64,000 nt of DNA. It comes from Chlorokybus atmophyticus (lineage: Eukaryota; Plantae; Mesostigma and Chlorokybus algae). The stretch spans positions 257,104-321,103 of the forward strand of contig RHPI01002823.1 in NCBI GenBank assembly GCA_009103225.1, in the 5' to 3' direction. Below the pieces are notes generated by a model, which was given only the letters and a program-made list of their open reading frames with translations, ran no database searches and was not told the origin of the DNA. Both the position numbers and the translations under genes were made by a program. Of this stretch, positions 33,101 through 45,100 are shown piece by piece (the stretch's first letter is position 1; each line of letters starts with the position of its first letter).

Positions 33101-34533
33101 TGTACAACCGTGAATGCACACGAAGTTACACGCAAGGCACGCATTGCACCTTTGCATCTTCACACGTGGTGGCAATGAAGACAAGAAAAGAGCTGTACCT
33201 GTCCATCGAAAGCATGCCTCAATGTGGTCATCTCGTACAAGACGCAGCCCTGTTATCAGCACATGTTCAAGCATTATTCAACGTTTGCCAAGCTGCACGG
33301 TGTCTCAACTGCAGCTCAGTAACATACCATATACTTACAAGTGCCCAAATGTCACTCTTTCGATCATAAGGCCGATCCTCGCATATCTCTGGTGACAGGT
33401 AGAAAGGCGTGCCAACCTGCATGAGGGGCAATACTTCGCTCGCACCATTCAATGAACAACTTGTTTGCATGTGCAACACGTGCAGTAGCTTGCAACACAT
33501 ACAGTAGTTTGTGCAAAGTCTGAAGTCTGCGCCAGCGTTCTGGCAATGCCAAAATCGCCAAGCTTGATGATATCATTCTTGGCGCAAAAGATGTTCTGCA
33601 CGCTCGCATGTGAGCCAATCATATATTGAATACAGGCTGATGTGTATAAAACAAGCGCAGGACCTTAAGACTCAGGTAGTACTAGGAGTACTACCTGAGT
33701 CTTAAGGTCGCGATGCAACACAGCTTTGCTGTGCACGTGCTTTAGCGCCAAGCAGATCTGAACAAACCAAAACATGATCTGCTCCTCAGGAAAGTGGCGA
33801 CCTTGGGCCTTGGCTTGCTGCACACATATGTGACAAGCAAACCGTCAATAATAAAGACATATGCACATGTTCATGTTGACTGGTATGCGCATCGTATCTA
33901 CGCTGAGCATGCACAGTCAATAATCATATGTACACATGCGCCTGGTGCTTGTTATTGCTTGTTAATGCTTACACATGAGCACACGTACAAGCTTGTGCTA
34001 ACTGTAAAAGATGGTGGTGGGGGTGTCTGCCATTCTATAAAAGGGCATGCTTGTGTGACACTCATGTACCAATCTCGTACTTGACTTGAGGTAAGTCACA
34101 AGCAATGTACAACCTGTATACGGTCGAAGAGGTCCCCCTCCGAAGCATACTCCATGACAATGCAGAGCACCCCGTCAGACACAAAGCATTCGTAGTAGCG
34201 CGTGACATTGGGATGCTCGCACTTGGCGAGCAGTGTAACTTCGCCACGTGCGGCCCGCCTCTCAGATTCGGTCAACTCAGCGACCTGATGTTGTACACAC
34301 AAGCACAAGTAATGACGTTGGTGTTGTTGTTTTTGATGACCATGTTGATGACTTTAATTGTGACATTGTCATATACTTGAGCATGATGATATTACTGGTT
34401 ACATGGCAACACTACACCAGCTTGCCTTTACTTGCTTGACAGCAAATTTTTCACCATCCGTTCTGCGGCGAACAACCAGCACGCAGCCCGAAGCGCCCTG
34501 CCCAAGGGTGGAAAGCACTTCGTATTTGTCCAT
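30190..34533 (-). CDS. NIMA-related (NEK) Ser/Thr kinase, multi-exon
   Basis: [16 protein letters not shown]; [11 protein letters not shown]...[11 protein letters not shown]; HRDLKTQ|NIF...KLGDFGIAR; [26 protein letters not shown]|[14 protein letters not shown]; NEK-like C-terminal helix ...LYEEMVY. Confidence 0.93.
33661..33709. repeat. Perfect 23-bp hairpin spanning the NEK exon/intron donor
   Basis: GACCTTAAGACTCAGGTAGTACT-AGG-AGTACTACCTGAGTCTTAAGGTC. Confidence 0.9.
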
Positions 34534-36125
34534 GACTGCTGAACGCGAGCTTCAACCACCACCATCGACGACTGCCTCCGCACTACATCGTTTCAGGCAA
34601 GTCGAATCCTAAGATGATGCCGTTTAAAGGATGCAACAATCTTGAGATAATCAACATCATTGCGACACAAGAATGCATGAAGTGGCATGCATTTGAACTG
34701 GCAATGCAGAGTGGCAACCGTGCCAGCCAGCGAGCATGGTAAACTAATATATAGACCTGTATAATTCAGCCTGCATTTGTGCTTTGCTTTCGCTGGAACT
34801 GTACGCAAGGGAGCATGATGGTCTCATGACAAGTGGCTGGTAACCCATCATTAAGTAACAGCTGCACATGTGTTGTTGTTCCGAAGATTCAGTCACAGCA
34901 GCTTGAATGAAACTGACGTAACAGCTTGAATGAAACGTGTGTTGAGTTTACTTCCTTACTCAACTCACTGCTGCTTGCATGCTGACACTGTGAACTGATT
35001 GCTTACGCACTGAGCTCACTTGCTGTCTGCTAAGCTCACTGCTCCACCTTACTGAGTCCCTCGCAAGCAGCACGACAGGGCCTTACCTTTGAGTGAATGA
35101 ACTCCAGCAGAGAATGGCGCCCACCAGTCGCGTTGGTCCACTCCTCCCGTAGCTCGCATAGCTCAAAGCAACTCCAGCATGACACAGGACAGCTGTCCTT
35201 TCCACACAATGCGAGCTCACAGCCTAGCTAGCAGAAGCTTGGTGTGGTTGCGTGCGCAACAAAGCTCAGAAGTTTGCAGATTGAGGCACTTCCAGCATGT
35301 CGTGTGCTCACAATCAGAGGCGTTACAACGTGCTTGGCATGAGCCTCTCAGCGCTTAAAGCTTGAAGCCGGAGTTGATGAGCTAACAAACAAGTGCACAG
35401 CGGGCTGAGCTTAATGCACTCACCTTGGTGTTGGCCGCCACCTACGAGGTCACCGCCCACGCCAACGGCAGCAACAGCGACAGCGCCAGCGACAGGGACA
35501 ACCAGTGCAATGCCTCTCGCAACTTACACACAGACACAGTTAACCAGGCAAGGATTCAACCAAGCAAGCACGCGAGGAGCTAAGCGAGTAGGCTAGAAAT
35601 CTTTATCTAGGCCTAAGCAATCAAGCCAGCAAGCTGCTCAACACAGGCCCTGTGTGTCACACCCCGGGTGATTGTGATGGTGATTGTTGGCGCCAGTGAA
35701 CGGTTTGTCGCTTTGCTTTGCTAAGCTTGTGCGGTAGCGCACAAGAGCGGACGTTTGTGCGGTAGCGCACAGCTTGTGCTCAAACGCACAAGGGCAGAGA
35801 GATCTGAGAGCTGCAAAGCGTTGTCCTTGTGGTCGTCGCCATCGTCGTTGTCGTCGTCGCCCTCACCCTCGCCGTATTTGGTAGACCAGGTCAAGTTGTT
35901 GTGGAGGCTATGATCTGACAGGGTCACGCTCATGCTGGAGTGCATTTGAGCTGTGGAATAGCTGGAGGGTTGCTTTGACCAAACAGGATGGCTTGTCCTC
36001 AGTGATAGACGTGTGGTGGTTATAGCCGCTGTCGTCGTTGTGGACGTGACTGTCAGTGTTGTCGTCGTCATCCAGGGCGGCGGATGGCCTGATTTGGCAC
36101 ACGAAGGCGAAGTGACTGGTCAGCC

Positions 36126-38250
36126 ATGTCGGCGGCAGGAGAGATAGGCTCCAGTCAGGCGCCAGGACAACGGGAGCAGGCTCCTCTGCTGCCTGGCCGC
36201 AGCGACCAGGACGGTAACGCCGCCGCTGCTGCTGCCGCCTCGTCGGACGACGACGATGACAACATGGACGGCGACAGGAACGCTGCGGGCGGCCGCAGCG
36301 GCAGCTTTGCCCGGCGCAACGCCAACATTCAGAGGGTAAATTGAGGGCGTACAGCTTAGGCTTCAATAAGCATGTGGCATGTACTCAGCGGGACAATAAT
36401 ACCTGCACGACTGCAACAGCCTTGTGGTGCAGATTGTGGGTAGGTGTTACATGATGACAAAGTCAAGTTTCTCGTTGCGTGTACTTAACGTCTTGTTACT
36501 AAGTTCAGAAATGTGTACCATATACCTACCTATTGATCTTGCTTGAGAGGTTCTTACCCGGCATTACGGTTGCATGCACTGCTGTGGTTAGCAAGTACGC
36601 GCTCACAAGCGCTACTGATGATTCAGAAATGCAGTTGCTTGTCACCTGCGTGCCCACACAATTCTTGCCCAAACAAGTACACGCAACCGGTTGCATGCAC
36701 TATCAGTCTCCAGTTTGCACTCACCTTTTCAAGGACAAGTTGTCAATCTTTCAGTGTATGGTGATGTACAGGATTGATTGCTTTGCTTTCGCCATGTGCA
36801 GGTGCGCTCAAACGCGGGTGAGCACATCAGCGACCGCCAGCGCAGTGTGCGCAACAGCCGTGTGTTCCTCTCCATCGAGATGTGTTTCAAGATTATCCAG
36901 GTAACCCGTACAGACTTGTGTTAGCTCACATCGACGTGGCCCGTCTGCTTGATTTTTGGGCCTGTCACACACACACACACAAACAAGCAAACAAGCCAAG
37001 GAACAACACGTCAAATTATTCACAACTGCAGTACCACAAAACCCACCAAAGAGTCAAAACAAAATAGGCCAGCATCTGCGTTGTGGTGCTTTGGATGTCG
37101 CGAGAAGAGCAGCCAGATGTGCCGCTGCGCGCATGGGTCGCGGGTTATGGGTTGCATTGCGTGCTCTCGTTGCCGTGGCTCTGGTACCGCCTCGAGCATA
37201 GCGCCGACTACCGCCTTGACGGGGAGCGCATCAACCCCTATCAGCCAGGCGACAGGTCAGCTGTTAACCTGTTGTTTACTACTAACATCATCTTTTGTGT
37301 TTTGCATAGACTGTCATGTCAGCTTACAATATGCTATTGACATGGTTATTGATAGTCTGTCATGCATGAGTTGCATGTTTAATGTGTGACTCTTGCATGC
37401 AGGTTGGGTGTGACCCTGGACAAGATGAAAGTCCTCTTGGAGATATTCCACACGGCTTGGTTTTTGGTGGGGAATGTGTGGGTGTACAGTTCCACATCCA
37501 GCTCCGAACAGGCCCCTCAGCTATACAGGTACAGCACCATTACTGCCACACAACATCATCTTTCTCCCCTCGTTGTATCACCTGTTGTCAGATCAGTTGT
37601 TTTGCTGTATGTGCTGGAACCTCAACAACAAGCCAGCTTGTACAGTTAAAAAGACATGTTGCATTGCACCCTGGTTATATGTTTTATCGCAGCCAGCACT
37701 GTTGGTTGTTGTCGACATTGCCAACATGATTACATGCATGTCAAGAATATAATATCAGTCACATTTGACAAAGGTTTTGGAAGTTGTTGTCATGTATGTT
37801 GTGTGTATTCTGTGCAGACTCAGCGTGCTGTTGCTGGTGTTGGGTTACCTCTCCTTTGCGCTGCCGCTGCTGCTGTGCGTGGCGATCTGCTGCTGCCTGC
37901 CCTGCGTGATAGTCCTTTTGGCCTCGATGGAGGACCCGATGGCCGGGAAGGGTGCGCCCGAGAGCGTGATAAAAACGCTGGAGACCACACACTACAAATC
38001 ACACGGCGAGGGTGTGGGTGGGCTTGTCGGGGAGCAAAATCTGTCTGCTGAGGATGCGGTGTGCTCGATATGTTTGGGCGATTATGAGGACGGCGTGGAG
38101 CTCAGAATACTCCCGTGCAGCCACAGCTTCCATGTGGGTTGCGTGGACACGTGGCTGAAGATCAACGCTTGCTGCCCATTGTGTAAGGCGGACATTGTGC
38201 GAAGTGGAGAAGATGAGCGACCGAGCTTGGATCCTGTCAACAATGTGTGA
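36126..38250 (+). CDS. Transmembrane RING-H2 E3 ubiquitin ligase (At1g63170/At4g11680-like family)
   Basis: EQPDVPLRAWVAGY; WFLVGNVWV...APQLY; AICCCLPCVI...KGA; CSICLGDYEDGVELRILPCSHSFHVGCVDTWLKINACCPLCK. Five exons inferred. Confidence 0.92.
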
Positions 38251-39996
38251 AACCAAATATGTGCTTGTTCAATAAGCGTGGCGGTATGCAAAGAAGGGCT
38301 AGCTTTTGTGTGTATCACTAGCATGCAACTTGGTAAGGGTGTCATGTATTGTCATGTCAACTTATCAGCTAAGTGTGGCATATCAATGCCGCTCGTGTCC
38401 TGCCATTGGCTGATGGTTAAATGCAATGGTTGTTTATCTTGTGCAGCAGCATCGACTTCAGGATTGGTTGCCATGCGAGTTATGTAAGAGAATGGCTCAA
38501 CATTGGGCAAAGCTTTGCGCCATTACATGATTTGCAAAATCTGGAGATTTAAGTGCGCTACACATACACTTGTGCTACCTGCCCTTGCCACTGCTCAGTT
38601 TGCTTGACTGCTGCCTTGGTTGAGGTCCATGTGTTATTGTCAGGCATTGTGAGTTGGCTTCAGCTTGTGCCACAATCTTTGCAAATACACCCATGTACAA
38701 ATGTATATCGGAGGTGTCATATACCGCTCATGCTTTCCAGAAGTGGAGCATGCAATTTGCGCGAATGTATACACATGCGCTATAACCTAGCATACTATCT
38801 CCTATGCACACAGGCGCAGCCCCTCTTTTGTATGACGCCATGTTAAGAGTGTGCATAGGGTAATCAATAATGCTCGTAATCTAACTCTTACGTACGTTCA
38901 TGCCTGGTACACCATACACAACTACCAATACTCAATGGCATTGCCAATCCACAATCGCATTAACACTCGGTAGACTCATATGGGGGCACATACCAAAACG
39001 CATGAATACAAAACTCTCTTATCGTAGGATATGCGCAACATGCGGAGCAATGCTGAAGATGCAGTGGGCAAAGGGGATGTGTGAGTTTGAGCACAAGTGC
39101 TGGTGCCATCGTTAGCTGAGGCAGCAAAGTGATACGAAACGAGGGTGTTCCACTAGGTCACATCAAAAGGCGCTAGCGGAACCGTTTCCAACGAGATACG
39201 GAGTTTGTTGTCAATCAGTAATCTTGGCAAATTGTTTGCTGCCACGATTGTTTTGGTAGTTACGGTAATTGCAGCAAAAGGTGTACATGTAACATCCACA
39301 GACGTTGTTGTTGTAATTGTGCTACCATTTTTCTGTCATCCATGGCCGCCAGCGCTATGGCTGTCGCTGCTGTAGAATCGGATCTTGAAGCCATATACCC
39401 GCCGGAACTTTTATATTTTCCTCCTGAAGCGCCCACCAAAGCAGCGTCATGCGATCCACCTTCCACCTCGTATGAATTATTATTATCATTGCTTTGCTGA
39501 TTTCCTTATTCTCGACGTAGTCTTGGGGCCTCTCCAAGCTTTGGTTGTCAGCAAATCACCTTCAAATGTGGCTTCTGCATTACATTCATCAATTGGACGC
39601 TTGCTGACACGCGTTATCCAGTGCTATTTCATGCACGTGTACAGAACGAGCAAGTGCAGCGCAACGCCATTTGGTTTCTTGCGCATACTTGCTAGAGCAT
39701 GAGTTTACTAAGGGCAATCATATGCATGCAGTTGTTCTATTATGGTAAACCTGATAACGTCAGTCAAGCGGCATACAAAATGTTCTTTGAGGATGCAATA
39801 TGAATTATTGCTAAAATTGTAACACAGTGGCGGTGCTCGTGCCTTGTCACCTGTGAGTTGATCAGATCAACGACCCTCTCACCAAGGCGCGGTATTCACA
39901 CAGGAACCTTGCCCCCTCTGCCAAGCACACACGTGCGCCCCGCCACTCGCGTACGCAAGCGCATGCGCTTGAAGCTAGACACCGACTTGTGTAGCG

Positions 39997-40520
39997 CCTT
40001 GGATCGTCACACAAGCAAGAACACACCAGTGGACACACGCTAGCAACCTCTGCTAACCACCACCAAGCTTGCACACCAAAAACTAGGGAGCTAAAGGTTG
40101 TATTTCACATTGTAGAATGTCGCTTTTATACTTACCAATCTGCACGTGCTACTGTCTAGACGATTCCGTGCTACAAAACTAGATGCTAAGATGATATTGC
40201 AGATACTTGAAGTATACTTCTAGACCTTTCTTACGCACCAAAGATCTCCTGATTAGGTGCTCATATGGTCAAGTTATACTAGTTGGCGCCAGGCCCTTCC
40301 ACAAATCTGGTCGAGCCCTCCGTTTTCTGGCACCTTCCGGACTGGTCCTGGGCCCCGGTCGATATCCGCGGCAGACTCATAACTCGCCGATATCTGCCAC
40401 AAGTCATGAAAACGTGGTGCTCGATACTGGGCCAACAAAGTCCTAAAGTCATGAAAACGTGGTGCTCGATACTGGGCCAACAAAGTCCTAAAGTCATGAA
40501 ACTTGGCCTCGACTTTTACA
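39997..40520. mobile_element. Second, diverged copy of one arm of the 16.1-17.1 kb foldback element, with a 45-bp tandem duplication
   Basis: 39997-40200 matches 16592-16798, and ~40060-40410 matches the reverse complement of ~16220-16573. The unit AAGTCATGAAAACGTGGTGCTCGATACTGGGCCAACAAAGTCCTA occurs twice plus a partial copy. Confidence 0.85.
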
Positions 40521-42131
40521 AACACATATTCATGCTTCATGATTTGCACGTAACACATACAACGAGCCTCTGAAACCGCTTGTTCCAGCATCTTATAATG
40601 ATCATACCTCATTATTCCTTTCATTCATCTTTAACACCTTTAACAATGGGTGCCACTTAAGAGGCTCCACGCTGCGAAGAATTGAAAGACAATTGCACTC
40701 AAAATTATGTGATCGCGCCCGCCGTGTTTATGGTTTACAAGCATATTACAAATGCTTTCATAAAACAACATTATGATGAGTAGGGCGATGTTATCTTTTT
40801 TAAGTTTTGAATCAAATATGTAGCAAGCTCTTTTGCATATTATTGTAATCTATATATTTTATGCTGTTGACATGACTATAATTTCGAAACGTTGTAAGGT
40901 CTCCTATGCATTTAACAACCACTTTTATTATATCTTGATGGCCATTGACAGCAAGTAGTACTTATCTCGATTCATTACCTTGTACCCTACCTATACCAAA
41001 AGCACGTTGCAGCATGGTGCGCAACCATATCACTACCTAGGTAATCACCTTATCTGCGGTATGTTCATGCAAACGATGCTAAGCTTACCGGTGATCGATA
41101 AGCTGACTGGCTGCAGAACATGCATGCCACGACAAGATCCAGCGGTCGCCGTTGAGAAAGCCAAGCAACAAGGGGCTTTTTGGGAGCGGGGCGCGCAGGC
41201 ACGTGCGACCGTCGCGGCACTGCTTGTCACTCGGCAGGCGTTGGCTGGGGCATTCGCGACGGTGGACAAGGAGGAGGACGAGGAGGAGGAGGAGGAGGAG
41301 GTGGTGGTGGTTGAAAGAGCTAGGGCAGGAGCCAGGCGCAGGCGCAAGCGCAGGACCAGCCTGGCGTGGTGGGGATGCGCTGAAAGGAGAGTAAGCAGCC
41401 CAGGTCAGTGATCGCTGGGGAACATGAAAAGGAAACAATTTACGCATGAAACAGATTGAGTGCTGAGTTAGGGTTTGAGCCAGTCGTTGAGGTTTTTACT
41501 GTTGTTGTAGGAGCATTTGACAAACACTGAACAAAAGATAACAAGTAGTATTGATCTCTTCTGTTTTCCCCATACTACGTACATTCCAACGAAATCTAAT
41601 ATACCAGAAGAAACCTTCTTCCATACTACTTTGCATTTTTTCGCTTCTACAACTCCATTGCATCTTGTAGTGTTTGTAGAGTTCATCAATATCTTACTTG
41701 TGCTTTCAAAAGTGCTTTATACGAACAATATTCCAACAAGCCACATCGCAGCGTTGCTGCGATCATTTCCAGTCATGAACAACCTCTCGAGTCATCCTTT
41801 GTCAGTAACAACTTCCACCACGCTTGCTGCATCACAACATGTCACAATATAGGCGCACATGAGTGGGTAGGAAAACACAATAACTTTTAACTGTTGGGTT
41901 GTTGATAGCAACTCTCTCTCCAATCTCGCACCAGTCTCCTTCAGGACAATACCTCACAGAGCACTCCAAACTATCTCATACAATCAGCAGATCTCAGCTG
42001 TGAAGTATTTTGGCCTTTAGTGTTTAATATCAAAAATTGCGGGAATGTCAAGTCCAAATGTTTTTATCTATCACGACAACTATGCAACATGTAACGAGGT
42101 GGCGGTATTTGTTTTGACTGCAGACACGCAA

Positions 42132-45100
42132 ATGAGGGTGGAAAGTGAGAGGGGAGGAGGCCCTCCTTCCCTCTCCTCCTCCGCTCGCCACGTGTCCTTC
42201 TCCCCCCATCAACAACAAACACAACAGCTCCAGTCCAAACCCAACATCAACAATACCACCAGCTCCACCTCCTCCCTCGCGGACCGCGTGCACGCCTTTC
42301 GCAACGGGCCCCCGCGCACCCCACGACACAGCGGTGAGTTGTGTTCAACGACATGTTGGAGTCGTTGCTATTGTGTGTTTGTCTCACTGTTGTGTGTGCA
42401 GAGGGTGAGCGTGCGTGGTGGCGAGAAGATGAGGCACATGAGGAGGAAGGTGTGGGAGGCAGGGTTGCGAGCTCGATAGTGGGAGCGGGAAAGAGAGGGA
42501 GGGTGGGAGGAGACGGAGCAGAAGCCGTCTACGCCAGAAAGGTACATGCAACGCATGTGTACGCGTGCGTGCATGCACGCGTACAAGTGTCACAGGCACG
42601 CACGTGCATGATGGTGCATGCATGCGTGCGTGTGTTGTTGAGTTTGTCTACATGCATGTACAGTCGCGGGCGCATGCATGCGTGTGTGCCTGCGTGTGTG
42701 CGCGGGAGTGCGCATGCGTACACGTATGCACACGCATGCACATTGGCATGTGTTTGTGCGTGCGTGTGTTGATATGTTTTACATCACAGGCGCAGTCCCT
42801 GAAAGAAGAGGCACGGGTGTTATCTGAGAGCACTGCGAGCGCGGACGCAAAGGCGCGTGCGCTGCGGTCAGAAAGGGACGCTTTGGCTCAATCACTCACT
42901 TCACAACGACAAACCTCATCAATGGGCTCGCCTCCAACCAAAACAACTGCAGCCAAACAACATCATCAACAACAACAACAGCAGCAACAGCCACAGTACA
43001 CGGCTAAGATGCTCAGCCAGCTGGCGACAACCCACCCGGGACTGCACCGCGCCCTCCTTACTATGGAGAAAGGCAAAGACGGTGAGGAATAGATTGGTAA
43101 CACTATGCCGCATAACAGCTTGCTGCTGCGTGTTTTGTATGAGATTACCTCGAGACACGTGCAAACTTGCGTGTAGAGGTTCATCCTCATGCACACATAT
43201 ATGTGCGTCCGTGCGTGCGTGTGTGTTTCCGAGGGTACGTCTTGACGTTCAAACATGCGCGCGTGTGCCTGAATAATGAACGCGCACGCACACATACATA
43301 CGAGCGCACACAACCAGCGTAACACTGAAATCCGCATGCAGGGAGGGTATCAGTGGAGTCCCTGTCGAACGTTAAGTCCGTGTTGTCATCCTCACCACAG
43401 ACAACGTCCACAAACAAGCCACCAACCAAACCCACAAACCCAACCACGAAACCAACAACAACGGCAACACCTCGCTACAGCGCATTCAGTGACTCCGATG
43501 ACGATATCGACAGCTTGGCTTCGATGTCATCTTCCCCGCGCAAAACAGGCTCACTTCAAGTGGATGACGAGTACCTAGCTCAGGTGAAGACGGTATCACT
43601 ATCAACCAGACCCAACAAGACGCCGACATCACCTCCAGTGAAAAAGATATCGACTTCATCGCCTAAAGGCGCACCCGTCCCGAGGCCGATACCGACAGTG
43701 AAGCCGGTGATAAAGCAGAGCAAGAGTGCCGACATCTCATTGAGGAGAGAGATGTTTCATGATCATCATTCCAACAACAACAACATGTTGTATCTGTCCA
43801 AGGAGGAAGCGGCAACACGCATACAGGCTCGCATGCGGGGCCACCTGACAAGAAAACACATAAGGAGGGGTTCAGATGTGTCTGTGTATCAGAGCCAGGT
43901 GCTGAGAAGGAGTGTTGGTCAGCCTGCAGGTGAAGTGAGGGAGTCACATTCAGTGATAAATGTGTCTGAAGAGGAGGAGAGGGCGGCCTTGCGCATACAA
44001 GCACACTTGAGAGGACACCTGGCAAGGAGGCACGTGCAGCTGCACCAGAGCAGAACACCTGCCAGGCTAAGACCACAACAACTACAACAACCACAACAAT
44101 TACAACACCCACGACCACAACCACCACCACAACAACGAGGACAACAGTTGCAAACACCAGCTGCCAAGCAGCAGCCGCCAGCTGTTCTTCGTCAGAGTCA
44201 GCAGGGCCGTGTGAGTCCGCTGCGCAGCAGCACCAACAACAGCAAGTTGTTGTCCACATCAAGCCAGGGCAGGAGAAGCAACATGCTCATGAGCGTCACC
44301 AACGAGCAGCAGCATGCGGCTGCACGCACAATCCAGCGTCACGTCCGTGGACACCTGGCCAGACGACATCACAACACAACAACAACCAGGCAAACTCTAT
44401 CCAGGGTCCCTGGCTCAAACTCTGGACTCAGGCGGTCCGCACCTCAGGTGACCACAAACTCGCCTGGCAGGGGGACACACACACAAGCACACCTTTCAGG
44501 ACCAACCACGGCATCAATGTCAACAATACCAGGACCTCGGCCGGGAACTGCGCCTGTCAGGGTGCACGCATACGACGCGTATCCCTCCTTAGGTGCTTCT
44601 TCAGGTGGTCTCAGGGCGAGCGCGAGTGCCGTCAAGCCACCTGGCAGGGTGGTGACCAACGCCTGGCAGCAGGAAAGAGCACCAGTTGCAGGGAGTGGTA
44701 GATATCAACAGTATGGGATGAGTGAACAGCGGGCGGCTGCCAGGATCCAAGCACACGTCCGAGGACACATCACAAGAAATCAAGTGGCACTGGCGAAAGG
44801 ATACACTTACAATTCACGCCGTGTGAGTGCTCGACAAGCGACCCAGCCTCTGCCACAATCACGCACCAAGGTGTGTATGTGTGCATGTGCGTGTGCGTGC
44901 GTATGTGTGTCTTGGCGTGCATACATGCATGTGCATGCGCGTACGCGTGCATGCATGCGTGTGTTGTATGTTGCACTGATTGTGAGGATATACGGTATAT
45001 GAGGATATACCTCTCCTTCGCAGGCTTCTCTATCAGTCCCTCAGCTACTCCTCAAGCTCAGCGACTATCTCACAACCAACCGCGTGCGTTTGGCGGACCT

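Noticed and set aside
39260-39702. Short ORFs between the RING E3 gene and the repeat
   Set aside because: No consistent splice model or motif.
40400-40505. 45-bp direct repeats as a possible CRISPR array
   Set aside because: The units are contiguous with no spacers, there are no cas genes, and the context is eukaryotic; this is a tandem duplication in a TE arm.
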